In this document: piece after piece, positions 26,831 through 39,706 of the stretch
Layout of the letters: each line of letters opens with the position of its first letter
Position numbering within the stretch: position 1 is the first letter of the stretch
NCBI GenBank assembly: GCA_030141605.1
Contig: JAQGDQ010000019.1
Coordinates: 186,001 to 250,000, forward strand
Source: Tubiluchus corallicola
Lineage: Eukaryota; Animalia; Priapulida
Direction: 5' to 3'
DNA length: 64,000 nt
Program-made: the position numbers and the translations under genes
Notes under the pieces: model-generated
Seen by the model: the letters and a program-made list of their open reading frames with translations, nothing else
Told to the model about the DNA's origin: nothing
Database searches by the model: none

Positions 26831-28915
26831 CAAGTCAGGAGAAAATAATTATTAGCTGCTAGTGGTTTGATCGTTTTTCATTTCTGCTCAATTCAATTAA
26901 CGCAAGACTAGGAGAAACAGCAGTTTAGTTGTATACAATGTTGAAGTGCTAACATATCACTTGTTTAAGTTACTGACAAAATTAGAGTGTCAAATACAGA
27001 ATTTTTCTGTAGTCTTCATTTTGGAAAACACATTTAATTTGATAAAGAAATCAAATTGGAAAATTTGGGGACTAGTACAGGCATTTTACGACAAAACTTT
27101 ATACAAAGCAGATTTGCTCTATGTAACAAAGAGGTTTAAACCAACTGTAGTTAAACGGTGAATCAGAAAGTCCGCTTCAGAGGCCGTGTTTTTGCTAATT
27201 CGAAATTCAAAAGTGTAACATTAAAGTGATTCACCAACTAAATGAAGAATTTTTATGTCAAACGCAAGTCAGTGGACTAGCCTACTGTCTGTGCCTTAGA
27301 TATGATGCAGCAATTAAGCCCAATGAGTAGGAGTCTGTAGGACTATGGCGTTTTGCTGCCTCTCAACCAGACCTCTAGTCCTAAAACCATATCTTGTTCA
27401 ACACTGAAGAAGTCAAACGGAAGCTCAAGCACTTTCTCGAAAATGAAAGGACGCTATGTTATCGACGTCAAAAAAATCACCAAACAAAACATATGCAGTG
27501 GATATTGATGGACGTGAGTTGGTTACTGTGGCATTTGCATGAAAACGCGTACATTCGTGCACTTCATTTCAGCCACTTAGAATTGTTTTGAGCGTTGCAA
27601 AATTGTTCAGTTATAATTACATTATATCTTGATTGTTAGCTATTGACAGATCAAAATTATAATAACGTCATAAGGTTGCCATTTATTACGTTATTGAGAG
27701 CGGCTAAATGAATTTCGTGTTTGGTGAAACTTTGTGACGTTCTTACTGTATGCTGGACCTAGCCTGGCTTAAATGTTTTGCGTCAATAGCTCCTTATGGT
27801 GCCGTGTTATATTAAAACGTCACCTGAGCTCGATCGGTTCATAGTTCAACCTCATGACTGGCATTATGTGCAAAAAAGCTTTTTGTGTTTCTGTTGTTTC
27901 ACAAAATAATCAGTAAATCTAAATCATTATTCCGTTTATTCACGAAATTCTTGTTAAACTTATATGAGTATGTGCTAGAATAATCATGATTCTGTGTTGT
28001 TATGATTTTATCGTTTTATGATGTCGGACTTTAGTATTAAACATATAAGGATAACTGTTTTACAAAAAATACGCAAGTACTGAGCAGGTTTCCTATTAAT
28101 TTCCTACTGGCAAATGTTCTATTAGCCAAGCCTAACCAGACAAAAAACAGTAATATTCATCGCGGCCTTGCAGGCTGATTTCAGGAGCAGGCTGCAGCAT
28201 AAGACCGACTGATAAACAAACAGAGGATAAATGCCATGTATTAATAAACAAACTCCGGAAAGAAAAGAAATACCTCCAGTAATATACCTAAAAATAACGT
28301 TTTAAGCTCAAGGGAAAATCACTTACCCTTCTGATTCGCTGATAGCCTCCCTCATTCCAGTTTGTTTAATCTTGGGGCCGATAATCAGTCTTGCTGTGAG
28401 TAAAGGTAGGCTAAAGCGTTTGATTTCCTGTGACCGTGTGGGGTCACGGTGTTGACGCCAGATTTGTTCATGATCTGAAGCTCGGCGAACTTCACATACT
28501 GACCGAACAGCTAGAGATGGGCTGACCTGAAATCAGTTATATTTTTAATTTTTGACAGTATTAAGTTTCATAAAGTCCAAAGCTGTAAATGGGAGAATAT
28601 TTTATCCATATTCCATCTCTACCAAATGCTACATAGTGTGCCCAATGGGTTTTCATGTATTTTCATGGCTCAGTATATACAATGCAAATAATTATAATTC
28701 GGTTAAAAGAAAAAAGTAAAAATAAACACATTTAAAATAGTTCTGATGATCGCTGTAGAATACTGATACAATTTTTAGATCGAACATTTTTAAGTCGTGG
28801 CGAAGAATTTTATTTACCCACTCTAACTAGCTCTTTCTTGTAAATAAGCTTACTATGTTTCTGTAAACTACTCTGTGTTTTTGCTCTTATTTTTATTATA
28901 GCTGTAAATGTCTGA

Positions 28916-29042
<127 letters not shown>

Positions 29043-29084
29043 GATAGCAAATGCGAAAATGACTAAATTCTCAGTACCAGTCTG

Positions 29085-29190
29085 CTATTGTTGTTGTTGT
29101 TTTGTTTTTGTTGTTGCTGCTGCTGCTGTTGCTGTTGCTGTTGTTATTGCCACTGTCACTGCTGCTGTTGCTGTTGCATCATTGTCATTG
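29085..29190 (+). repeat. Compound (TGT/TGC)n microsatellite
   Basis: Seen directly; source of the spurious poly-Cys/Ala ORFs. Confidence 0.85.
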
Positions 29191-30044
29191 TTAGCGTTAT
29201 CACTTATTTTAATTACTTTTTGCGAAAAAAATTTCATCTATCGGTACCTGTCCTGATTGTCTTTGGGTTCTTTGGGTTCAAATTATCAGTATGTCTAAAG
29301 TTTTCCGTCACACTAGCTTGTTGTCTGCTACTAAGCACTCAAATTCAGCTCATTGATTTATACCCATTAGAGGAAACTCTAATAACTGCCAAGAGATGGC
29401 GACGCAATGCAGTTTTCAGACTGATTTTGATATCTCCGACATAGGCGATCATAATGAATTTTTTGCGCTTTGGAAGCGGAAACATACATTAATTTTTAAG
29501 TAATCATTTAAAGTTTTCCACTAGCTAGTACACATACGCATACATACATACATTACAGGCAAAATGTGAAACCAGGCATTCGATGAAATGTTAGGCATTT
29601 TATGAGGTACTAAAACAAACCAAGTAAAGTGTCTATAAAATAATTTCTTCTACACTTTTCCCTAGGCGTTATATATAATACAAAAGTTATATTAAGTAGA
29701 GTATGTAAGTCTTTGCTCCGGATATACTTTTTCTGGTCATTTTAAAGAATTTTGAGTAAATTTTAGGTAATATGACAGAGTAAAACAAAAGGTCACTTGT
29801 TTTGATGAAATTTTCCTAGGCATTTTAATAATGCTGATTTTGTTCTAGAAAATGTGCGTAATAAGTCATGTTTTATGTACTTGCAAATTTTTGTGCTGAA
29901 AAAGGTTACTATCACTTCAAGTAAACGGTCAGGTTTGCGATTGCTTTATTCACAGCTGCTGCCTGTTGTAAAAGTGTTGTGCTTTTAGACCTTGTGCAAA
30001 GTGCGCGATACTGCTTGGTCGAGTTTGGCCTGCTATAGGAAAGT

Positions 30045-30183
30045 TTGATACAGGTAAGTTTGGTACCGGCAGGTTTGATACTGGCAATATTGGTAGAAGG
30101 TATTTTTTTTAATACGTGGGAAATTTGGTACAGGAAAATTTTGTACCACAATGTTTATATACGTACAAAGAATTTTTTGTACC
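30045..30183 (+). repeat. About 15-bp degenerate repeat array (ggtaagtttggtac-type), probably a MITE terminus
   Basis: Repeated tttg(g/a)tac units abutting the pogo-type MITE. Confidence 0.45.
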
Positions 30184-30184
30184 A

Positions 30185-30886
30185 CAGTAGGCGCCGCTTA
30201 ATAGACTCACGCTTAATTGACTCAAAAACGCCTGGAACGGGCCGCTTCTAATCAAATATACATAAAAACTATCGGTAATAGACTCAGATAACTCCGCAAA
30301 ATTGACTCAATATTTTTCCTTCATCTACTCAAAATAAGATATTTGTATGTGCCCAAAGAACCTTTCCTACTTTTATGTCATCTTTACTTCCCCTTTTGTG
30401 CACTATGTATGCAGAAACAATCATGTTAAGTACCGTTTTGTTTGTAAGCATCATAAACCAAATAAGAGCAAAGTAAGTGAGCAGACGATTCAGAACTTTT
30501 TATTCACGCACAACAACAGATTTTCAACGTTTTTATAATTACGAGAACTTTGTGGGCCAACTTCTTCGCGAGAAAATGAAGCAACCGCCTTTGAACGAAT
30601 TTTTGTAATTTTGCTTAGAAAAGTCTGTGATTTAGAAAAGTATACTTTTTAATTTTGTTGCTAAATAAATTAATATTTTAAGATATTTTTCTGATTTTTA
30701 ACTGCACAAAGGAATTTAGGCATTACTTCGTTTCTAAAATACATTAAAAACCTTTGTAGAGCATAGTAGGCCGGTGACTCATACCTCAATACTAGTAATA
30801 CGATACCTATGGGTTGATAGGTTCAGTCTGTTAATTGGGTCAAAACAGTTCAGTCCCAAAATAAGTCTATTAAACGGCGCCTACTG
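30185..30886. mobile_element. pogo/Tigger-type (Tc1/mariner) MITE
   Basis: 23-bp TIR CAGTAGGCGCCG(C/T)TTAATAGACT with 1 mismatch. Flanks are CA (left, presumed mutated TA) and TA (right). No internal transposase. Confidence 0.8.
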
Positions 30887-31280
30887 TAGTTAAATCTCTT
30901 ATATTCGTATATATACATATGTTGTCAATGAACAAATGGCAATCAGGGAAAGCTTTCAACGCACAATAAAAGTCTTCATCAAAAATTATGCAATAACTAA
31001 CCATATTTCTTTCAAGCGTGAAGGTTGTTTAAGGTTAGCAGGATTGCTCAGGCGTAAGAGTTGCGGCGTTTAATTCTGTTATTTTGCGAAAACGTGAACG
31101 TTCAAGTGAGTTGGACGGGACTTATTTTACTGTATTCGTTCTTGAGTTATAGGCTATAGAACACTGACCATTTTTTTCGACAATGGATTAATGAATACAT
31201 TTATAAGAAATAATGATAATTATATGAGTTACGAAAACTATGCTTTATTTTTTAAATAAACTGAGGTATGTCATACGTAG

Positions 31281-31410
31281 GTTTGTAATTATGGAATATT
31301 TTTTATCAACACAGTTAAAAATCATCAGAATCAATACAGTGCCTCGTTTGTAATTATGGAATATTTTTTATCAACACAGTTAAAAATCATCAGAATCAAT
31401 ACAGTGCCTC
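31281..31410 (+). repeat. Perfect 65-bp tandem duplication
   Basis: 31281-31345 and 31346-31410 are identical (gtttgtaattatgg...acagtgcctc). Confidence 0.95.
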
Positions 31411-32649
31411 AAATTTGAGTCATTTCGTGTCAGCACTTCTGGAGTTTCTGAAGCTTGCATTCGCTATTCGGGGATATTTCTCGATAACCAAGTATTATAA
31501 TTCGTAGTTTATATAGCAGCTTGGATTGTATCTTGCTGTTATTCTAGCGCTTGACTAAAACCTGTAATACTTCTTGCGTTCAAAATTACTCTTACCACGC
31601 AGTAAAGGGAAACTTTCTTAATTTTCATACCTGTTCGGGATGTGCTCCTCGAGATTCCCCGAGGAATTTTGGAACTGAAGCCATTTCAAGATGATTGATT
31701 CTGGATGGGTGCACCACAGTCTCTTTAGGCAACCTTCAAAATGCTTATGAACTAACTGTTTTGCTACTACGTCAAGTTCCAACTCAAACTTGTCAGTCAC
31801 ACATTCTGAAAAAATAATCAATTATCGTCCTTCCTCATTAATTAATCATTAGTCTTTAACTAGATTTATATTTTTATGTGTTTTGCCCATATTAAATGCA
31901 ATGTTGCAATTTATAATTACATACACGGTGTCAAGCAACCTTAATGCTTGAGGAATACAAAAATAACGTGTTACAGCACGGCACGTTTTTATTACATCAA
32001 AGTGCTGCTGAATCAATAGAGAATCTATCATCAATATTTAACATAGAAGCCTCTCGCGTCTCGCACAGTTTGTAAACTTGAGTGTTTAGTCAGAAACTCG
32101 AAGAGATCATAGAGAACTCGAGATCCTCCAAAACTTCTTGCAGGTGTCTCACAAGCTTTCTTTTGAGTGCCAATCAGTGGCATGTTTTTTGGATCATCCT
32201 TCAATGTTTCAGGGTAGCTGTAACGTTTTCGACGGGTTGAAGTCTTGTACTTCCTGGCCATTTAATTTGGTCTGCTCTGTTCATACCCCTCAAGAATGCA
32301 GGCCATGCGAGACGCACGAAGCTTCCAAACGAAATATTGAGGCGTGACAGATTTTCCATTATTTCAGGACTACTTTGGTGCTAGTACATGTTGCTTTGTA
32401 TGTTATGTTATACACCCAGCAATAAGGTACGTTACACTTAAGCCTAAATTTTAAATTTGCTGCCACAGGACATCTTTGTACTTGGGCGTATTGACCATCT
32501 CGATGAGTTTCCATCCAGCATAAATATTTTGTAATAAATGTAAGATAAATAAATAAGTCTGAAGAATAAAGCAGGTTGTGAAACGATCTAGCATTATAAT
32601 GTTATTACACTTAACAAAAAATCATTATAGTCCGATGAGCCTACTACGC

Positions 32650-33480
32650 AGAAGCTGTTATAGTCAAGCACTCCGCAACGTGCGAAACCACTTTCAACTC
32701 TTTACTTTGATATTCGAAAGCCAGTTTTCCTCTAAAGCACAAGTTAATGCGCCATAGGTGTTTGATCATTACACTTGGCTGCCTGACTTCAATACTTGAT
32801 TGATTAACCCTTTCATGTACCGCAGCTTCAAGCTGAGAAACTACAGGAAGCCCCAAATGCTGTACTGAGCAAGTGTTTTGAAACTGCAAAGGCAAATGAT
32901 ACTTATTGTTGGTACCCGTAATATGGAAATGGAGAAATTCAGATTTTGTGACCAGCATTGACCAATACTCAGTTTTAGCTTGGCGACAAAAAATGTTGAA
33001 GATTATTTGCAAAAGTGTTAGCAGCATAATTTGATTAAGGTAACTAGGCAGGTGATGGCTGAGTGAACCTAACGAGTGAGTATTCAAAAACATATGGATG
33101 GTGGTCAAACAGCTATCTTGACGGGTGAGTGGTGTAAAGCATCCACGGCAGTCTATGGCATCTATGCAGCCACAAACGAGTTTCCAAGGTATTAATGGAG
33201 TCTTGGTCAAAAATTCATTAGACAAAGTAATGCAAACAAATCATGGATGACCAAATGCATTCAAAGCTGGCTGAAACTGGCTAAAATCGAATCTTTTAAT
33301 GATAGCAAAAATGAAAGGACTATTCTTAGGCACCTGAGTAATGATAGCTGGGTGATCACCATAACATCCGTGCAGTGATGACTGAATGGTCTGAAGCATT
33401 TGTAAGGATGTGGTCTAGCGCATTTGTATCCGAAGAGCGGGTCTAGGAATATTTATATGGTTGATGTGTAATCCTGTGAT
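32650..33480 (-). mobile_element. Decayed non-LTR retrotransposon ORF2 fragment (APE endonuclease end plus linker)
   Basis: With frameshifts: GLH..HINIP/TRSSDTNALDHILTN...YGDHPAII (APE motifs PTR..LDxILTN..SDH), then CRQAKTEYWS linker in ORF 32644-33225. No intact RT seen. Confidence 0.6.
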
Positions 33481-35058
33481 CTCTGTTGGGAACCTTTGGT
33501 AAAATTGGCAACTCAGATTGTCATGTCGGCTGTATCGTGTACTTCAACTGGTGAAACTTTAGAAACTACAAAGTTCCTGGTTGAAACTTTTACTAGGATC
33601 ACAGAATTTTAGCGTCACATTTCCTTAACAACAACTTGCTATGTTTATAAGAAGCCGCGAAGAAAGTTGGTGTCAATTTTACAATTCAAGCAAAACTTTC
33701 GGGTTTTTTCCTTTCGCATTGATTGGTAGCAATGATAACCAACACTCCGCGTATAAAGTAGGGAGACGCCTCAATTGAAAAAGAGCTGCCAATTACAGAA
33801 TCAAATTACAGAGTAATGGCTTCGTCTTAGAATCCGCAAATTGCAACATTCTGCAAGCCTTAAGCTTCCGTAGTTATCACAAAGAGTTATCTTGCTTGAC
33901 CTTCGTTATAATGATCATTTTTATTGCAGTAATACAGGCATCTCTGTACATTTTCTGAATCTTTGTTCAATGAACCAACCACAGTGTTTTGTCCAAAACA
34001 CGTATTATATGTAAGTTAGCCTAACAATGAGGCGTGTAATTGTAGCGCCCCATCTCGTCATATCTTTTTTTTGAACTTCATGCCTTATTTTTTAGTTTCG
34101 TTATTGAAACGTCTTATTTACAGCAACGTGAGACGGATCACCTTGCCTATTATATAATGAGTGCTTCATGTAACAAGTACAAAACTTACCTTACAATCAA
34201 CTACAGCTAATGACCTGCAATCCACCTTGTAATGATAGTACACTACTTGGCACAGCACAATAATTTGAAATCGTTGTGTTTCAAGCATAGTATCCCAAGA
34301 GTAGCCTTCTTGCGTTTTAGAATTGTGTAATTTGTCCCTATTATCTAATGTGTAATATTTGGGTGCAATGCACGGCATTCGTACAAGATCTAGCTACAGC
34401 TAAACAGTTATGTCTTGTCTACTATAAATAGAAGTTATATATGAATGTGTATTTGCACAAAGGTCACACATGCAAACTAACAAATCTGACTAGACGCCCT
34501 TAGGCACATATAGCAATTTGAAAACAATAAAAAATAGCATATTAATGTTATTCGTCTCTTAGAGTTGACTGTTAGTCAAATTACCCGCATGGGGTATTTA
34601 CCGAATATTACTACTAAACGGCACGTACGTTTCCACCAGTGCAGTTCATTAATATTCTTTGCTCGCTGCCAGGGCAGTTTCAATAACTATCGGTGGGCGA
34701 AGGATCTTGGTTCGAAGACCACATCCTGTAAATAAACTACCAAATACCAAACCAAACGACTGGAAGACATTGAGACAGCTTAAACAGATCGGCGTGAGAC
34801 CTGACCAAAATGCTTGACTAACCTACTAATCGTTGAATAAAGGAGTAAACTTTGAAACCATCATACTGTTAACGTTTCGTAAATGTGAATGAAGCTCTGT
34901 GATTGAATTGAAATAATATCTGGCTAAACACATACATGAAAAGCAATCTACCATTTAGGGGTTACCAGACCCTCACACTGACGCCTAAAACAGTTAGGAG
35001 GACGAGAGCATGCTTGTCCTGTTTGGCGTTTAAACCATCTCAGCACCACTAAACTTAA

Positions 35059-35613
35059 AGGACAAGAAAAGGGGTACCTAAAGTAGGTTTTACAAAAATC
35101 GCCCTGAAAAATTATATTACTTTACAGCAATTACTCGCGTTAAAAGGAATTTTTGCTTGTTATAATTTTAAATCTCCCTCAATACTGTTCCGACCACGCC
35201 ATTACATGACGTCACCTACTCAAACGTAAATCAGAGGAAGAAAAGGCAATGTTAAATTACGTCCCAAAAAAACTTTACTATATTACTATATTAGCATTTC
35301 TCTTACCTGTTGGAAAGACTTATGTAACTAGAAATAATAATTCAAAATGTTAATGGCAATTGATGAAATGTCGCTGACTCACTCTGCCTCTCACTAACCA
35401 AAAACCTATTTTAATCTTATTGACAAGATACAGTAATTTAAAATTTTACTTAGTTAGCAACATGCATGCTACAAATGCTCTGATTATTTTTTCAAACTTT
35501 ACACAATGTTATTTAAACGTGTTTCAAACGACCTACCTTCAAATGGCTGCGCCTAACGATCATCGATGGCGTTTAAATTTACACATTTTATACTGCGTTA
35601 CAGTCTATGCAAG
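35059..35613 (+). mobile_element. Kolobok-type MITE, copy 3 (3'-truncated, more diverged)
   Basis: TTAA|AGGACAAGAAAAGGGG start. Similar to copy 1 up to ...ctatgcaag; the right terminus is absent. Confidence 0.8.
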
Positions 35614-37485
35614 GTTTGCTTGAGAGTTTTATTCGGCATCGTATTAATTTAGTTTAATTTTGGAGAAAGTCCATTTAGTTCCAAACACTAAAACCAAATG
35701 TATAAATGTCAAATTAATCGTTATAAAGACTTTGCTGGTCCGGTAATATTAATAAATAATCGATTTTTAATCAGCTGTGCGAAAACGCGATCGGTGCCCC
35801 ATTAATACGTGGTGTCAAGTTCTATAGCTAAACTGTTAAACCCGTCATGCTGGTGCAAGTGCAAATGACAGGTAGGTAATTAATGAAAGTGAATTAATTA
35901 AAAGCAATTTTGTTGGAAAATATTATACACAGTGAAGCCATAATCAATGTGCTATTTACTACGAGCGCCGCTAATTATCAGTGTATACCCTCCATGTTTC
36001 GTCGTCCATGATTTTGACTTAACTTCTAGTCAAGTTAAACTAGAGTACCATGGATTCCTTTTTCAAAAGTTGTTAAGTCTGTTGAAGTTCGGTAACTCTC
36101 GTTAGTTAGAAGTAGATCGTACAATGCCGTACACTTACTTCACCATACTCAAAGACCATAAGTTTACCCAAAATGGACATATAATTTTGGCTTCAAAACT
36201 GCAAGACCCGACGTTCATAATTCACAATTCCTGAAAAAGTAATTTACGTGACATTAAGTTCCACATTAGAAATGGTTTTGAACAAACAAATTGCAATATT
36301 TTAGCTGTACTGTTTGAAATATAAAATTAGCCTATGCAATGGTAACAATTGCGCATTACATTAATGCCCTTGTAAAAGACCTGGAAGAGGTCGGTTCTCG
36401 ATTTGATACCCCTAGTTTTCAAAACTTATATGAAGAGAACATACGCGTTTAGGATGCCTGTATGAGGTGCAGTATCCGTACTGTCATACTTTGCCGTGCG
36501 AGGTTCTATTTATCTACACCATAACTAACACAAGTTAATTATATTTCGCATTAAATGTAACAAGTGGTGTCATAATGGGATCTGGAATCCTGATGAATTA
36601 TATTCGAACCTTGACTGTAATCTTGCATGCGGCGATTTGGATATGTATAAACGTAAATTGTAATGGCTTATGTTTAGCTGTACTGACAGCTGCCGTAAAA
36701 TTCATGCTGCATTGTGATGCGCGATCTATGCTGCCCATTTGCATGCAATGTTACCTCTTTACGACGCAAAAGTGCACAAAATCCACATTTAGCTATCATA
36801 TACTCTGTTCAAATACACGAGAAAAAGTCGAGAAATAGACGCTGAACGCAATTACTTTGTTTCCATGGTCAATTTTGCTTTGGAGTGCTTCAGTGAGTAA
36901 TAACCCTATTTGCTGCAGGGGAATGCCGATGAGGCTCGGGAGACGTACATGTATTATACAAAATGGCTAATAAATGAAAGCATATCTATGGCAGTTTTGT
37001 TATTTTAACAATTTTATCCGAACATAGTTTGTTTTATGATTGGATCACTTATTTGTTACACCTTTAAACACACACTCAGTAAAGTTATGTACATTACAAG
37101 CTTAAAACACTAAACCGTATTTACGTTACATACAAAACACAAAGCCAATCAAGCTAAAGTTGATTACTTTTATACAAAAAAGTAAATGATGGGTGATTAT
37201 ATCATTTATTGAATTAAGATCAATTCTCGCACATTTAACATAAAATTTGGCAGTGTTCAATTATGCAGATTTGATTTCCTCTGCGCATTAATAACAAATT
37301 AAGTAAATAAGCAACTATTTAAGGGCAGAATTGAAGTATTTCCCAAATTTTATTAAAACAATTAAGAACACTATTCACTGTTAGCTGTTAGCCAACCTCA
37401 TGATAGTTACGCATTCCACGCTTATAATGAAAACGAGTCTTAGTTGTGAAGTATTTTTATTGGACTACTTTCATTAAGATGAGTT

Positions 37486-37745
37486 AAACCTAAGAAAATT
37501 CCAGCTGAAAATCGCATATGTTCATACTGTTTAAGAAATGAAATCGAGGACTTATAAAATGTCCATATTACTATGACATTAAGAAAAAAATATGTAATCA
37601 CATCAATGCGTTTTTATACCAGAATTTCTTCTTAAGAGCAATAATGATAAATTTTTATTCTTGATGGGAAGTAGTGATTTAGTAGTAATTAAGGCATTTG
37701 CTGACTATGATGAAAAAGCGTTTTAGCGACATGATGAACAAAACA
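37486..37745 (+). mobile_element. 3' end of a non-LTR retrotransposon ORF2 (RTE-X/L2-type Cys-rich tail), decayed
   Basis: KPKKIPAENRICSYCLRNEIED / KCPYYYDIKKK / DKFLFLMGSSDLVVIKAFADY..KAF*R matches the IPxExRxCxxC..IEDExHF..CxxY..R tail; the ExHF part is deleted. Confidence 0.7.
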
Positions 37746-38595
37746 CTATGTAATGATGAGGCCGAATGGCAATTTATTTTAAACACTACTCACTAAACCC
37801 TTCATTTAAATTACTAAATATTAACTAAGAAAAACTTTTTAGAATATAGTTGTTTTATAAATAACTGTTCGTTTGCAGTGCCGACATATTTCTGTATAGA
37901 AATTGTATGTATGTCTTATTTATTATTTTGTATCTGTTTTTGGATCTAATAAATTATGAAATTATGATAACAGATCTAAGTGTAATAGACGATGGTAAAT
38001 ATCTTGTTCAATTTTGCATAACTTCCCGCGACCTTTTAGTAGAAATGCCTTGGAACATATTTTGCAATCGTTTCATCGATCATTCTTTAAATCATTCTGT
38101 TGTCAAGTAACAAATTAAGAATATTTGCATTAATTTGTCAAATATAATTTTTGGTATAATAATTAATATCGGATATCGTAGCCAAAAGTGTTCTTTTCTC
38201 TTATACCTAAAGTCACATCCATAATTAGAAAATGTAATGAAGTCTATTAGCGTTTTTAGTAAACAAGGTTAATCATATTTCAGTATAGTGAACTCTATAC
38301 TCGCATTTCAGCGCAGTCCGAAGTCAAATATTTCCCACTTTAATACAATTTCGAGTATTTTTGTTATTTGTTTTTTGACTTTGGAGACCGGATATTTTTG
38401 CGAAATCTCGTAAGCAGCTTTTCCAGGCATTAATGCCAGCAACGAGATCGGCTCGAACTATTGGACGAGGTGCTCACTTAACTCGAAATTCTAGATAAAA
38501 AATCTGGCTCTTCCAGTAGATGCGAAATTTGCTCAAGTATACGTTAACAAATTTAGGCTCACGTTTAGGTTTTCTGTTTTTTTAGAAAATAACGC

Positions 38596-39600
38596 TATCT
38601 TGAATTCACGGTACCTAATCGAACATCCAACTGCGTCAATCGATTCCGAATTCATTCTAACATGTTCCTACAAAGTTTTGTTGTGATACATTACGTACTG
38701 GTGGAGCCATTGGTTTTTTTTATAACGGTGTTAACACTACCATCTTGAATTCGAAATTGCGTAATATAGGTTTTACACGTCAAATGTAGACACAGGAAAG
38801 TTCAAATGTGACTTAGGTAAGTCAAATGTAGACATAGGAATTTCGAATGTGTTTTGGTAACTCAAATGTGACTTAGGTAAGTCAAATGTAGATGCATTAC
38901 TTTGCATAAATCGGTAATTAAGTTATTTAAGTGCAAATAAGAAAAAGATTAACCAAAGATAGTGCATCTATTAGTAGGACTACGACGTTGTTATTTTAAC
39001 TTAGGAGCAATTATTAATTTGAAATTAAAGAAGATTAAATTTAACATCCTTAAACTTTACCACCTATCCACATTTGAGATACCAATGTCACATTTGACTT
39101 GACATGTGTCTACATTTGACTTACCAAAAGCGCTCAAGATTTCTTGAAAACCATTGTTAACACATTTGAACTACCTAAGTCTACATTTGAGTTACCAAGA
39201 CACATTTGAATTACCTAAATCTACATTTGAGTTAACGCAGGTCTACATTTGACATGTAAAACCTATATATACGGACTCGGACTCCATCAGTCCATGTGGA
39301 ATTCATTCTAGTATATCCTTGTAAAGTTTCGTGGCAATTTGCCGCGCATTGGCGGAGCTTGGATTGCCACCATTTTGAATTTAAAATAGTGTTACGTCGC
39401 CGTCTTGAACTAAAAATTGGCGGATCGAAAATCTGATTCCGTCAATAATTCGAAATTCATTCTAATATATTTCTATAAAGTTTCAACGTGGCAGATAAAC
39501 ATTTACTCTGTTGCTCGATACGGAATTCGCTCTAATATATTCCTATCAACTTTCAAGGCAATCACTCGGGCACTAAGCTTTTTGAAAATAATCTTGAATT
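38596..39600 (+). repeat. Diverged tandem array (about 150-bp unit; HINE/Helentron-like central repeats) interrupted by the MITE above
   Basis: Recurrent motif gaattcattctaatatattcctataaagtttc at about 38648, 39299, 39453 and 39524, plus recurrent (c)catcttgaatt motifs. Confidence 0.55.
38767..39265. mobile_element. MITE with TIRs and inverted arrays of about 20-bp subterminal repeats
   Basis: TAGGTTTTACACGTCAAATGTAGAC...GTCTACATTTGACATGTAAAACCTA, flanked by TA. Repeated CAAATGT(A/G) units on the left and (C/T)ACATTTGA units on the right. Confidence 0.8.
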
Positions 39601-39603
39601 ACA

Positions 39604-39706
39604 TTATATATAATATACCGTATATATATATACGGTATATTATATATATATTATAATATATATATATATATATATATATTACGGTATTATTATATTATAT
39701 AGTATA
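39604..39706. repeat. (TA)-rich tract containing a perfect palindrome
   Basis: Seen directly. Confidence 0.85.

Noticed and set aside
34700-34730. ggttcgaag B-box-like motif suggesting a tRNA or SINE
   Set aside because: No A-box or cloverleaf could be built; I found no tRNA or rRNA gene in the window.
38767-39265. Regularly spaced short repeats superficially like a CRISPR array
   Set aside because: Units abut without unique spacers, invert between the two arms and lie within TIRs in eukaryotic DNA; this is a MITE.
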